Shown: piece by piece, positions 49,654 to 58,594 of the stretch
Layout of the letters: each line of letters opens with the position of its first letter
Numbering within the stretch: position 1 is the first letter of the stretch
Assembly (NCBI GenBank): GCA_014360895.1
Contig: JACIWQ010000002.1
Span: forward strand, 6,629 to 70,628
Reading direction: 5' to 3'
Source of the DNA: Thermoflexales bacterium
Lineage (GTDB): Bacteria > Chloroflexota > Anaerolineae > B4-G1 > DUEL01
DNA: 64,000 nt
The notes under the pieces: generated by a model
Database searches by the model: none
Seen by the model: the letters and a program-made list of their open reading frames with translations, nothing else
What the model was told of the DNA's origin: nothing
Position numbers and translations under genes: made by a program

Positions 49654-50595
49654 ATGGCAGACCTTTCCGTCTCCCTGTGCGGCGTCCGGCTGCCCAACCC
49701 CACGGTGCTGGCCTCCGGCATCCTGGGGCTGAGCCACGGCGTGCTGGTCCGGGTGGCCCGCTCCGGCGCCGGCGCCGTCACCACCAAATCCATCAGCCTG
49801 GCCCCTCGCGATGGCTACCCCAACCCCGTCATCGTGGAGTGGGGTGGGGGGCTTATCAACGCCGTCGGCCTCTCCAATCCCGGCGTGGAGGTCATGGTGG
49901 ACGAAATCCGCGCCGCGAAGGAGCAACTGGCCCCCCTGGGCGTCCCCGTCATCGCCAGCATCTTCGCCGATACCATCTACGACTTCGGTACCATCGCCCG
50001 CTACGTCTCCGAGGCCCGCCCTGACCTGATCGAGGTCAATATCTCCTGCCCCAACATAGACGACCAGTACCTGCGCATGTTCGCCGCCGACCCCTACGTC
50101 TCCGCCCAGGTGACCCGTCGGGTCAAGGCCAACACGGACATCCCCGTCCTGGTCAAACTCTCCCCCAACGTCACCGACATCGTCCGCATCGCCGAAGCGG
50201 TGGTGGAGGCCGGCGCGGACGGCATCACCGCCGTCAACAGCCTGGGGCCCGGCCTGATCCTGGATATAGAGACGGCCCGGCCCGTCCTCTCTCACGGGAC
50301 CGGCGGCGTGAGCGGCCCGGCCCTGCGCCCCATCGCCGTCCGCTGCGTCTACGATATCTGCCGCACCGTGGACGTCCCGGTGATCGCCACCGGCGGCATT
50401 ACCACCGGACGGGACGCCGTGGAGATGATCCTGGTCGGCGCCACCGCCGTCGGCATCGGCTCCGCCCTCTACTACCGGGGCCTGGAGGTCTTCCAGGAAG
50501 TCTGCCAGGGTATCCGGGACTACATGGAGCGGCACGGCTATCGGCGAATAGAGGACTTTCGCGGCCGCGCCCGGGAGATCATGGGACGCCGATGA
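49654..50595 (+). CDS. pyrD: Dihydroorotate dehydrogenase catalytic subunit (class 1)
   Basis: LPNPTVLASGILG ... NISCPN ... conserved PyrD motifs. Confidence 0.85.
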   Translation: MADLSVSLCGVRLPNPTVLASGILGLSHGVLVRVARSGAGAVTTKSISLAPRDGYPNPVIVEWGGGLINAVGLSNPGVEVMVDEIRAAKEQLAPLGVPVIASIFADTIYDFGTIARYVSEARPDLIEVNISCPNIDDQYLRMFAADPYVSAQVTRRVKANTDIPVLVKLSPNVTDIVRIAEAVVEAGADGITAVNSLGPGLILDIETARPVLSHGTGGVSGPALRPIAVRCVYDICRTVDVPVIATGGITTGRDAVEMILVGATAVGIGSALYYRGLEVFQEVCQGIRDYMERHGYRRIEDFRGRAREIMGRR

Positions 50596-52205
50596 ACGCA
50601 GAGAGGGGATTCACCACGAAGACCCGAAGGCACAAAGGCAAATTCATCGTTCTTCTCCTCGTGTCTTTGTGCCTCTGTGGTTTCATCACCGCCTGCACCC
50701 CCATTGGCCCCGTGCGCGTCACTCTGGTCGCCGACGGGCAGACCCGCACCCTCACCACCGACGCCCAGACGGTGGGGGAACTCCTGGCGCGGGCAGGAAT
50801 CACCCTGGACGAAGATGACCGCGTCGTCCCACCGGAGACTGTCCTCCTGACCGACGGGATGACTGTCCGGGTGGTGCGGGTGGAGGTCCGCACCGAGACG
50901 GTCCGGCAGACCCTCCCCTACGGCCGGGAGACGGTGCGGGACGCGACGATCCCGGTCGGGCAGACCCGCCTACTGCGGGCCGGGGTGAACGGCGTGGAGG
51001 AATTGACCTACGTCATCACCCTGGAGGACGGCGTGGAGGTGGAGCGGCGCCTGGCCCGACGGATCACCGTCCAGGAGCCCCAGAACGAGATTCTGCTGGT
51101 GGGGGCGCGGGAGGAGGTGACGGCGGTGCCCATCTCCGGCACCGTCACCTACCTCTCCGCCCACAACGCCTGGGTGATGCGAGGGACCACCGGCAGCCGC
51201 CGCCGACTGACGGCGACCGGCGACCTGGACGGCCGGGTCTTTGACCTCTCGCCCGACGGCTCCCAACTCCTCTTCACCCGCACGGCCACCGAGACGGGCG
51301 TCCTGAACACCCTCTGGATGATAGACACGCTCACCCCGGGGGCCGAACCGGTCCGGCTGCCGGAGCAGAATGTCCTCTGGGCGGCATGGTCGCCGGACGG
51401 TGCGTGGATCGCGTACTCCACCGGCGCGCCGCGCGAGGCGCCGCCGGGCTGGGAGGCCGCCAACGACCTCTTCGTGGCCCGTCCCCAGGCGGACGGTCGG
51501 CTCCGGGACCGCCGTCGGGTGCTGGGGCCGTCGGCGGGCGGCGCCTACGGCTGGTGGGGGACGACCTTCGCCTGGGCTCCCCCGGGGGAGAACGGGCCGT
51601 CCACCCTCCTGGCCTACGCCCGCGCCGACGAAATCGGCATCGTGGACCTCGCCGCCCGTAAGCCGGAGGCCGTCCCGCTGGTGCGGTTCCCGCCGTTCCG
51701 CACCTACGCTCCCTGGGCCTGGGTCCCGACCCTCTCCTGGTCGCCGGAGGGAGCATTTCTGGCGACCGTCCTCCACGGCCCCTCGCCCACCGGGGAGGAG
51801 CCGGAGGATAGTCCCGTCTTTGACATTTACGCCTTAGGCGTGGTGACGACTTCGGAAACCCTCCTGCAGGCGAAACTGGTCCCGGAGGCGGGGATGTGGG
51901 CGGCGCCGTCGTTCTCGCCGGAGGGCGACCTCATCCTCTTCGGACGGGCCCGGGCCCCCTATGCCTCCCCGACCAGCACCTACGACCTCTACCGGATGGA
52001 CCGGGACGGGTCGGACCGGCGGCGGCTGTTCCCGCAGGACGACCGGGAGCCCGGGCTGGAGTATCCGGGGGTGGCCTGGGACCCGGCGGGCGGGCGGGTA
52101 CTGGTGGTCTATCGGGGCGACCTCTGGCTGGTGACGACCGACGGGCAGGCCCGCCGGGTGACCGAGGACGGCGCCATCACCCTGGCTCGCTGGCAGGGAG
52201 GGTAG
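50592..52205 (+). CDS. Lipoprotein with a DUF348/G5-like N-terminal region and a C-terminal TolB-like beta-propeller
   Basis: Lipobox ITAC. A G5-like segment (TETVRQTLPYGRETVRDATIPVGQTRLLRAGVNGVEELTYVI). WSPDG-type blades. Confidence 0.55.
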   Translation: MNAERGFTTKTRRHKGKFIVLLLVSLCLCGFITACTPIGPVRVTLVADGQTRTLTTDAQTVGELLARAGITLDEDDRVVPPETVLLTDGMTVRVVRVEVRTETVRQTLPYGRETVRDATIPVGQTRLLRAGVNGVEELTYVITLEDGVEVERRLARRITVQEPQNEILLVGAREEVTAVPISGTVTYLSAHNAWVMRGTTGSRRRLTATGDLDGRVFDLSPDGSQLLFTRTATETGVLNTLWMIDTLTPGAEPVRLPEQNVLWAAWSPDGAWIAYSTGAPREAPPGWEAANDLFVARPQADGRLRDRRRVLGPSAGGAYGWWGTTFAWAPPGENGPSTLLAYARADEIGIVDLAARKPEAVPLVRFPPFRTYAPWAWVPTLSWSPEGAFLATVLHGPSPTGEEPEDSPVFDIYALGVVTTSETLLQAKLVPEAGMWAAPSFSPEGDLILFGRARAPYASPTSTYDLYRMDRDGSDRRRLFPQDDREPGLEYPGVAWDPAGGRVLVVYRGDLWLVTTDGQARRVTEDGAITLARWQGG

Positions 52206-52212
52206 TCCCCAC

Positions 52213-52241
52213 TTGCCCATTTTCCGGAGGGGGGATATAAT
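52213..52241 (+). promoter_or_regulatory. Candidate promoter of the MNT-HepT operon: TTGCCC, 17-nt spacer, TATAAT
   Basis: CTTGCCCATTTTCCGGAGGGGGGATATAATT. Sixteen nucleotides are identical to the motif at 53641-53670. Confidence 0.4.
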
Positions 52242-52290
52242 TACCCTACAAGCCCCCACGCGCCCTTCAGGCCCACGATAGCGGACCGGT

Positions 52291-52743
52291 TTGGATAGGA
52301 TGGGATGGATGGTTGAGCCCCGGCGGCACAAAACACCCGAGGAGCGGCGGGTTATCATTGCCACCTTGCAGGGGGTGCTGGAAGCCCAACCCGACGTCCG
52401 CTTTGCCTACCTCTACGGCTCCTTCCTGGAAGACCTGCCTTTCCACGATGTGGACGTGGCCGTCTATCTGGAGGACGGCGTGGATTTTACCGACCGGGCG
52501 CTGGAACTGGCCGAAGTGGCCGAGCGGGCGCTCCGGGAGGCCGGACACCCGCTGCCGGTGGATGTCCGGGTGCTGAATCCGGCGCCCCTGGGATTCCGCT
52601 ATCACGTCTTTCGGGGTCAACTCCTGCTGAGCCGGGAGGAAGACCTGCGAGTCCGTGAAGTCGTGCAGACGCTGACCCGCTACTTGGATGTAAAGCCTCT
52701 GATCCGCGCCGCTTTGAGGGAGGCAATGACTTCTTGGGCCTGA
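52291..52743 (+). CDS. Nucleotidyltransferase (MNT-type antitoxin)
   Basis: GSFLED...DVDVAV matches the MNT GSx..DxD motifs. Confidence 0.7.
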   Translation: MDRMGWMVEPRRHKTPEERRVIIATLQGVLEAQPDVRFAYLYGSFLEDLPFHDVDVAVYLEDGVDFTDRALELAEVAERALREAGHPLPVDVRVLNPAPLGFRYHVFRGQLLLSREEDLRVREVVQTLTRYLDVKPLIRAALREAMTSWA

Positions 52744-53141
52744 ACGAATCGCTGATCCGCAGCCGGTTTGAGGATATTCGGGTGTCGCTGGAGCGCCTGG
52801 AGGAACTTCGGGCGCTTTCCCGAGAGGAGTTCCTGGCCCATCGCGACCGGCTGGACCTGGCCTGTTATCGCCTGATTGTGGCCATTGAGGCGGCGGTCCA
52901 AATCTGTTTCCACGTTAGCGCCCAGAAACTACACCGGGTGCCGGAAGAGTACGCTGAGTGTTTCTCCCTGTTGGGAGAAGCGGGTATGATCTCTGCGGAG
53001 TTAAGCGAGCACCTCCAGCGAATGGCTCGCTTTTGGAATGTGCTGGTGCACCGCTATTGGGATGTGGATTACCATCGGGTATACGATATTCTTCAAAACC
53101 GTCTGGACGATTTGCGGGAGTTTGTAGATGCGATGAGCTGA
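52734..53141 (+). CDS. HepT-like (DUF86, HEPN) RNase toxin
   Basis: Rx4HxY motif in LVHRYWDVD. It overlaps the MNT stop by 10 nt. Confidence 0.7.
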   Translation: MGLNESLIRSRFEDIRVSLERLEELRALSREEFLAHRDRLDLACYRLIVAIEAAVQICFHVSAQKLHRVPEEYAECFSLLGEAGMISAELSEHLQRMARFWNVLVHRYWDVDYHRVYDILQNRLDDLREFVDAMS

Positions 53142-53163
53142 TTGCTCTAATGGAGGCTTTCTC

Positions 53164-53622
53164 GTGATTCACGGCGTAGAACTCAAACCCCTGGTCACCC
53201 ACACCGACGAGCGCGGCTTTTTCCGCGAGATTATCCGGGCCAGCGACCCCATTTTCCCCGAGGGCTTCGGCCAGTGGAGCCACACCATGAGCCACACGGG
53301 TGTCGCCAAGGCCTGGCACATCCACCACCGCCAGACCGACTGGTGGTATGTGGCCTGCGGGACGGTGCGGGCCGCCCTCTACGATGCCCGCCCCGACTCC
53401 CCGACCTACGGACAACTGGAGGAGTTCCTGCTGGGGGACGGCCATCCCCCCGTTGTTCTGAAAATCCCCCCGGGGGTCGCCCACGGCTACCGGGTCCTCC
53501 AGGGCCCGGCCCACATTTTCTACATCACCTCCCACGAGTACGACGGGACCGACGAGGGCCGCATCCCCCACGACGACCCGACCATCGGCTACGACTGGAC
53601 CCGCTGGCCGGAGATTAAATAA
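53164..53622 (+). CDS. dTDP-4-dehydrorhamnose 3,5-epimerase-like cupin (RmlC family)
   Basis: RmlC-like His dyad region (KAWHIHHRQTDWWYVACGTVRAALYD). GTG start. Confidence 0.7.
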   Translation: MIHGVELKPLVTHTDERGFFREIIRASDPIFPEGFGQWSHTMSHTGVAKAWHIHHRQTDWWYVACGTVRAALYDARPDSPTYGQLEEFLLGDGHPPVVLKIPPGVAHGYRVLQGPAHIFYITSHEYDGTDEGRIPHDDPTIGYDWTRWPEIK

Positions 53623-53641
53623 GGGGATTCCGGTTCTCCGC

Positions 53642-53670
53642 CTGCCCATTTTCCGGAGCGGGATGTAATT
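53642..53670 (+). promoter_or_regulatory. Candidate promoter of the VapBC module: CTGCCC, 17-nt spacer, GTAATT
   Basis: CCTGCCCATTTTCCGGAGCGGGATGTAATT. It shares its core with 52212-52241. It is followed by a GGAGGAGG RBS. Confidence 0.35.
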
Positions 53671-53681
53671 TTTGGAGGAGG

Positions 53682-53936
53682 GTGATGATGTCCGTCCTCA
53701 CGAAAATCCAGATTCTCCGCGCTTTAGACAGGTTGCCACCGGACAGTTTGCACATCGTGGCCGAGTTTGTGGAATTCCTGCGCGCAAAGGCCGAGGCCTC
53801 TGCACCGTCAATGGCTCCGCCCCAAAGGGTGGTGAAACTGGGCGGCCTGTGGGAAGGCTATTCGTTTTCAGAAGAAGAGATCCGCGCTGCACGGCGGGAA
53901 GCGTGGACCGGTTTAGGTCGGGGGTTAGATGGCTGA
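53682..53936 (+). CDS. Antitoxin-like small protein (VapB-type partner of the downstream PIN)
   Basis: 84 aa ORF overlapping the PIN gene start. The true start is ambiguous between GTG 53682, ATG 53685 and ATG 53688. Confidence 0.55.
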   Translation: MMMSVLTKIQILRALDRLPPDSLHIVAEFVEFLRAKAEASAPSMAPPQRVVKLGGLWEGYSFSEEEIRAARREAWTGLGRGLDG

Positions 53937-54333
53937 GTATGTGGCGGATACCCATGCCCTGGTCTGGCACTTGACCAACGACTCGCGTTTATCTCCCATA
54001 GCGCGTGCCGCCTTCACGGATGCGGACAACGGGCGTGGAGTTATCTGGATCCCCGGTGTGGTGCTGGTGGAGATTGTGTACCTGGTGGAAAAGGCGCGAC
54101 TACCGGGATCCATGAGCGCTCAGGTTTTGGACCTGGTGGACCCTCCCAGAGACAACTATCTTATTGTCCCCTTAGATGCTGGAGTGATCCGGACTTTACA
54201 AACCATTGACCGGGAAATCCTCCCGGATATGCCTGATCGCATCATCGCGGCCAGCGCCAAGTACCTGGGCCTCCCCTTACTATCCAAAGATTTGGCAATG
54301 GCGGGGATCCCCGGCCTATCGGTTGTCTGGTAA
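53929..54333 (+). CDS. vapC: PIN-domain toxin (VapC family)
   Basis: MAEYVADTHALVWHL ... PLDAGVIRTLQTI ... DRIIAASAKYLGLPLLSKD has the PIN acidic residues. Confidence 0.75.
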   Translation: MAEYVADTHALVWHLTNDSRLSPIARAAFTDADNGRGVIWIPGVVLVEIVYLVEKARLPGSMSAQVLDLVDPPRDNYLIVPLDAGVIRTLQTIDREILPDMPDRIIAASAKYLGLPLLSKDLAMAGIPGLSVVW

Positions 54334-54350
54334 GTCGTTTTGGTACCCAT

Positions 54351-54668
54351 TTGCAGGAGGCAATCTTTGTGATTCACGGCGTAGGACTCAAGCCCCTGGT
54401 CACCCACACCGACGGGCGCGGCTTTTTCCGCGAGATTATCCGGGCCAGCGACCCTATTTTCCCCGAGGGCTTCGGCCAGTGGAGCCACACCATGAGCCAC
54501 ACGGGTGTCGCCAAGGCCTGGCATATCCACCACCGCCAGACCGACTGGTGGTATGTGGCCTGTGGGACGGTGCGGGCCGCCCTCTACGATGCCCGCCCCG
54601 ACTCCCCGACCTACGGACAACTGGAGGAGTTCCTGCGGCTACGACTGGACCCGCTGGCCGGAGATTAA
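54351..54668 (+). pseudogene. Truncated duplicate of the rmlC-like gene (5' about 285 bp, then the last about 35 bp, internal deletion)
   Basis: Nucleotide identity of about 97% to 53161-53455 and then to 53590-53622. It reads as IHGVGLKPLVTHTD...TYGQLEEFL//RLRLDPLAGD. Confidence 0.65.
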
Positions 54669-54760
54669 ATAACAAACCACGAAGACACGAAGACGCGAAG
54701 TTGGTGATTGTTCTTTGTGTCTTCGCGCCTCCGTGGTAAAATTCTTGTTAGGAGGCACTG

Positions 54761-55504
54761 ATGAGTGCTGGAAGAAAATACGCTCAACCGCCGGTTGTGG
54801 AAGCAGTTTGCCAGTTCGTTCTGTCAGCCGATACCCCATGGGACATAACAGTCCCTGGTCTTTTTTACGAGAAACTCAAAGACGAATTTCCTTATCATGA
54901 AACTCGCATTTATCGGGGAGTCGGAATTCGCGTGCCGGAGCAGGATCAACCTCAGTTTCTGTTCGGCGAAGAGCCCGTTTTGGCCCTGTTTTCGGAAAGC
55001 CGGACAATGCTGGTTCAACTGGGCCCTCGCGTTTTAACGGTGAACTGCCTGAAGTCCTATCCTACATGGCCCGTTTTCCGTTCGAAAATTGAAAGAGCGT
55101 GGTTCAGCCTGAAAGAAGTTCTGGAAATCAAGGGGTTGGAACTGGTCAGGTTGCAATACATCAACCAAATCAAAATCCCGGAGTTCCCAGAGGATTTGCA
55201 GGACTGCTTCACCATCTACCCTCATTTTGGGCCGCTTCCAGTGTCCAATATCGTTATGTTTATCGTGGGGGCCTTGCTCACTTTCCACGATGGCCGCGAC
55301 CGCTGCCGGCTACAACTCAATAATCCTTCTGAGGAAGAGCGGCAAACGGTCATCCTGGACATTGAGTACTCTCTGACCCGGCCTGGGGACCTGGGCCTGG
55401 AAGCGATTCCCCAGTGGCTGGAAGAAGCGCACGACCGAATTGAAAATATTTTTGAAAGTTCCATCACCGATCGGCTCAGAACTACATTTCAGCTGGAGGC
55501 GTAA
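54761..55504 (+). CDS. TIGR04255-like conserved hypothetical protein
   Basis: N-terminus KYAQPPVVEAVCQFVL resembles the PPIVEA.C.F.F start of the TIGR04255 family. 247 aa. AT-richer composition than its flanks. Confidence 0.5.
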   Translation: MSAGRKYAQPPVVEAVCQFVLSADTPWDITVPGLFYEKLKDEFPYHETRIYRGVGIRVPEQDQPQFLFGEEPVLALFSESRTMLVQLGPRVLTVNCLKSYPTWPVFRSKIERAWFSLKEVLEIKGLELVRLQYINQIKIPEFPEDLQDCFTIYPHFGPLPVSNIVMFIVGALLTFHDGRDRCRLQLNNPSEEERQTVILDIEYSLTRPGDLGLEAIPQWLEEAHDRIENIFESSITDRLRTTFQLEA

Positions 55505-56083
55505 ATGGGAGCCTTAACCGATTATCCGGTCACAGGGCGGCAAGATGTCTCCTGTATGTTTCCTTTTCCATACAAGCGTAGAATCACCCCCTCTGGATCG
55601 TTAGCACAAATGGCGGTTGCCTTCTCCCATTCTGCCCCTGAAATCTGGCTTCCTTCGGGGAGATGGCAGGGAAAAGCGCGCCCCTCTCCGGATTATGATC
55701 TCTTGAACCAGCGGTATGTGCAATTTTTCCGCATCCAAAGCGCTTTGGCAGAAGTGGACGGAATGGGCATAAAAATCGTCAAACGTGACCAGGTTCAGGA
55801 CTATCTTAGGCGTTATCCCGAGATGATAGACCTGCTCCCTAAGGTAGCCCGTCTGGTTCAAGAGCAACTGCCGGATGCCCGGCTGGTTCTGACGGTTTAC
55901 CAAGACCCTGAAGAAGAAGACGAGTATCTAACGATATATGCCCGTTTTGCCAAATACGATAAGTGCTCTCTGGAAAGGGTTCGGATCACCCGGTCCAGAT
56001 ATCGGGATATGTTAAGAGATTGCCAGGGATGGATTTTCCTGACTACTGACTTCCAAACATCAGACAGGCCCTATGCCGTTTGA
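55505..56083 (+). CDS. Hypothetical protein
   Basis: Its ATG immediately follows the TAA of the upstream gene. The start may be internal (MGIKIVKRDQ...). No recognisable domain. Confidence 0.4.
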   Translation: MGALTDYPVTGRQDVSCMFPFPYKRRITPSGSLAQMAVAFSHSAPEIWLPSGRWQGKARPSPDYDLLNQRYVQFFRIQSALAEVDGMGIKIVKRDQVQDYLRRYPEMIDLLPKVARLVQEQLPDARLVLTVYQDPEEEDEYLTIYARFAKYDKCSLERVRITRSRYRDMLRDCQGWIFLTTDFQTSDRPYAV

Positions 56084-56438
56084 TTGGAGTGAGTTTCTTG
56101 CGGTAGCCCGGCATCTGCAAGGCCAATCAGGACCTGGCTATTCAGAAGAGGCCGCGAATCGCACGGCAATCAGTCGGGCTTATTACGCCGTCTTTGGACG
56201 CGTCTGTGAATTTGCTGAAGCGAACCTCGGCTTCCGACGGGCCGGAAGCGGGAGAGATCACCGGTCACTCAGAGAGCACCTCTATCATCAGGGAGGGCAA
56301 TGGCCTGCCATCGCTGACGATTTGAACGATCTGAGACAGTGGCGCAATTTGTGTGACTATGGGCCTGATGTCCAAAATCTGCAGATTCTGGTGATGGATG
56401 CGATCCGACGGGCGGAGCAGATCTTGCGACAAATTTAA
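56073..56438 (+). CDS. HEPN-like small protein
   Basis: SRAYYAVFGRV helix and an Rx4H motif (RSLREH). It overlaps the upstream ORF by 11 nt. Confidence 0.45.
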   Translation: MPFDWSEFLAVARHLQGQSGPGYSEEAANRTAISRAYYAVFGRVCEFAEANLGFRRAGSGRDHRSLREHLYHQGGQWPAIADDLNDLRQWRNLCDYGPDVQNLQILVMDAIRRAEQILRQI

Positions 56439-56456
56439 ACCGAGGAGAACTGACTT

Positions 56457-57866
56457 ATGAACAACAAATCATGGCCAGATATTCTTCAGGGAATCATTGC
56501 GCTGAAAGAGAACCAGGTGCACATCTTGGACGAATCCCGTCTGCGCGGCCCGGCGCTGGACGCGCTGGTCTACGCCGCCGTCTTCGGCGGGGCGGAAGAG
56601 CGGGCCACCGCCCGCGCGCTCCTCTGGGAACTGGGCCAGGCCCTGGGGATTCGGCCCGCGTCCATCCACGACCTCTATATAGCCCGGGGGCGCGGGGAGA
56701 CTTCCACGAACTGGACCGTCCCCGCGATGAACCTGCGCACGCTGACCTACGACATGGCCCGCGCCGTCTTCCGCGCCGCGCGGGCCCGAAACGTCGGCGC
56801 GATGATTTTTGAGATCGCCCGCTCCGAAATCGGCTATACCGACCAGCGACCCGCCGAATACGCCACCGTCATCATCGGCGCGGCGATCCGCGAGGGCTAT
56901 CGGGGCCCCCTCTTCCTCCAGGGCGACCACTTCCAGGTGAGCGCGAAAAAGTACGCCACCGCCCGGGAGGCCGAAATCGGCGCGGTGGAAGACCTCATCC
57001 GTGAAGCTATCGCCGCCGGATTCTTCAACATTGACATAGACACCTCCACCCTGGTAGACTTGAGCCAGCCGACGGTCCCGGAGCAGCAGCGGACGAACTA
57101 CGAAGTCTGCGCCCACTTCACCCGTTTCATCCGTAGCCTCCAGCCGGAGGGGGTGACCATCTCCGTCGGTGGCGAGATCGGCGAGGTGGGCGGCCACAAC
57201 ACCACCGAGGAGGAACTGCGGGCCTTCATGGACGGCTACAACAGCTCCCTGCCCCTGGGGATGGCCGGCGTCAGCAAACTGAGCATTCAGACCGGCACCT
57301 CCCACGGCGGCGTCGTCCTCCCCGACGGTACCCTGGCCCGGGTCAAGATTGACTTTGACACCCTGGAGCGGCTCAGCCGGGTGGCCCGGGAAGAGTACGG
57401 CCTGGCAGGCGCGGTTCAGCACGGCGCCTCCACCCTCCCGCCGGAGGCGTTCCACAAGTTCCCGGAGGTCGGCACGGCCGAAATTCACCTGGCGACCGCG
57501 TTCCAGAACCTCCTCTACGACCATGCCCTCTTCCCCGCTGACCTTCGGGAGGAGATATACGCCTACCTGCGGAAAGAGCACGTCGCCGACTGGAAGGAAG
57601 GCAAGACCGAGGAGCAGTTCCTCTACGAGGCGCGCAAAAAGGCCCTGGGGCCCTTCAAGCGGGAACTCTGGAACCTGCCGGAGGAGGTCCGGGCGACCAT
57701 TGGGCAGGAACTGGAGGCCCAGTTCATTTTCCTCTTTGAGCAGTTGGGGGTAACGGATACGGCCGACCTGGTCGCCCGTCACGTTCGGCCGCCGGAAATC
57801 CACAAGACCCCCGCCGACTTCGGCGCCGAGAAAGCCCTCTCCATCAGCGAGGGCCTGGCGGACTGA
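56457..57866 (+). CDS. Class II aldolase (fructose/tagatose-bisphosphate aldolase family, long form)
   Basis: LSIQTGTSHGGVV and VQHGASTLPPEAF correspond to the class II FBA TSHG and HGGSG regions. Confidence 0.55.
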   Translation: MNNKSWPDILQGIIALKENQVHILDESRLRGPALDALVYAAVFGGAEERATARALLWELGQALGIRPASIHDLYIARGRGETSTNWTVPAMNLRTLTYDMARAVFRAARARNVGAMIFEIARSEIGYTDQRPAEYATVIIGAAIREGYRGPLFLQGDHFQVSAKKYATAREAEIGAVEDLIREAIAAGFFNIDIDTSTLVDLSQPTVPEQQRTNYEVCAHFTRFIRSLQPEGVTISVGGEIGEVGGHNTTEEELRAFMDGYNSSLPLGMAGVSKLSIQTGTSHGGVVLPDGTLARVKIDFDTLERLSRVAREEYGLAGAVQHGASTLPPEAFHKFPEVGTAEIHLATAFQNLLYDHALFPADLREEIYAYLRKEHVADWKEGKTEEQFLYEARKKALGPFKRELWNLPEEVRATIGQELEAQFIFLFEQLGVTDTADLVARHVRPPEIHKTPADFGAEKALSISEGLAD

Positions 57867-57929
57867 CCCGTCCATATTCCCAGTTTACCAACCTAACAAT
57901 GTTCCATCAACCGAGGTAAAGGAGGAGCC

Positions 57930-58349
57930 ATGTTCCACACCATCATTATCGCGGGACACCTGGGGCGGGACCCGGAGATGCGCTACCTGCCCAACGGCCA
58001 GCCGGTCACCACGTTCTCTGTGGCTTCCACTCGCCGCTGGACAGGTCAAGACGGGCAGACCCAGGAGGAGACCATCTGGTTCCGGGTCTCCGCTTTTGGC
58101 AAACTGGCGGAGACCTGCAACCAATTCCTGACCAAGGGACGGCCGGTCCTGATAGAGGGTCGTCTCCGGCCCGACGATCGGGGCAACCCCCGCACCTGGG
58201 TCGGGCAGGACGGTATGGTTCATGCCTCCTATGAGGTGACGGCTAACACGGTTCGCTTCCTGGGCCGGCGAGAAGAGGCGGCGGCTCCGGTGGTGGAAGA
58301 GATTCCGGAGTACGAGGAGCCGATGCCTGAAGAGGAAATTCCCTTCTAA
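57930..58349 (+). CDS. ssb: Single-stranded DNA-binding protein
   Basis: OB-fold N-terminus (IIIAGHLGRDPEMRYLPNGQPVTTFSVAS), acidic C-terminal tail ending EEIPF. Confidence 0.85.
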   Translation: MFHTIIIAGHLGRDPEMRYLPNGQPVTTFSVASTRRWTGQDGQTQEETIWFRVSAFGKLAETCNQFLTKGRPVLIEGRLRPDDRGNPRTWVGQDGMVHASYEVTANTVRFLGRREEAAAPVVEEIPEYEEPMPEEEIPF

Positions 58350-58475
58350 ACATCCCGGCTCTCTGGGAATTTGCGCGGTATACCGTCCGTTTGTGGGAGA
58401 CGTAGCGCTGGCCGCCAGGCCGGTAGAATACAGGCTGACAGCCTGCGCTATGTTGTCGTGCCGGCCGCCGGGCCT

Positions 58476-58515
58476 GCAGTCAGGTGACAGTCACCTCCCA
58501 GGTGACTGTCACCTG
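58476..58515. repeat. Family B nested palindrome
   Basis: CAGTCAGGTGACAGTCACCTCCCAGGTGACTGTCACCTG; same element as at 18331-18380. Confidence 0.75.
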
Positions 58516-58594
58516 GGGGCCGGCGTTGCTCTGCCGCGTTCTTGCGTCTGCTCTTGGTCCTTTTGTGGTTTCCAGAACACCCTGAGAAGATGCC

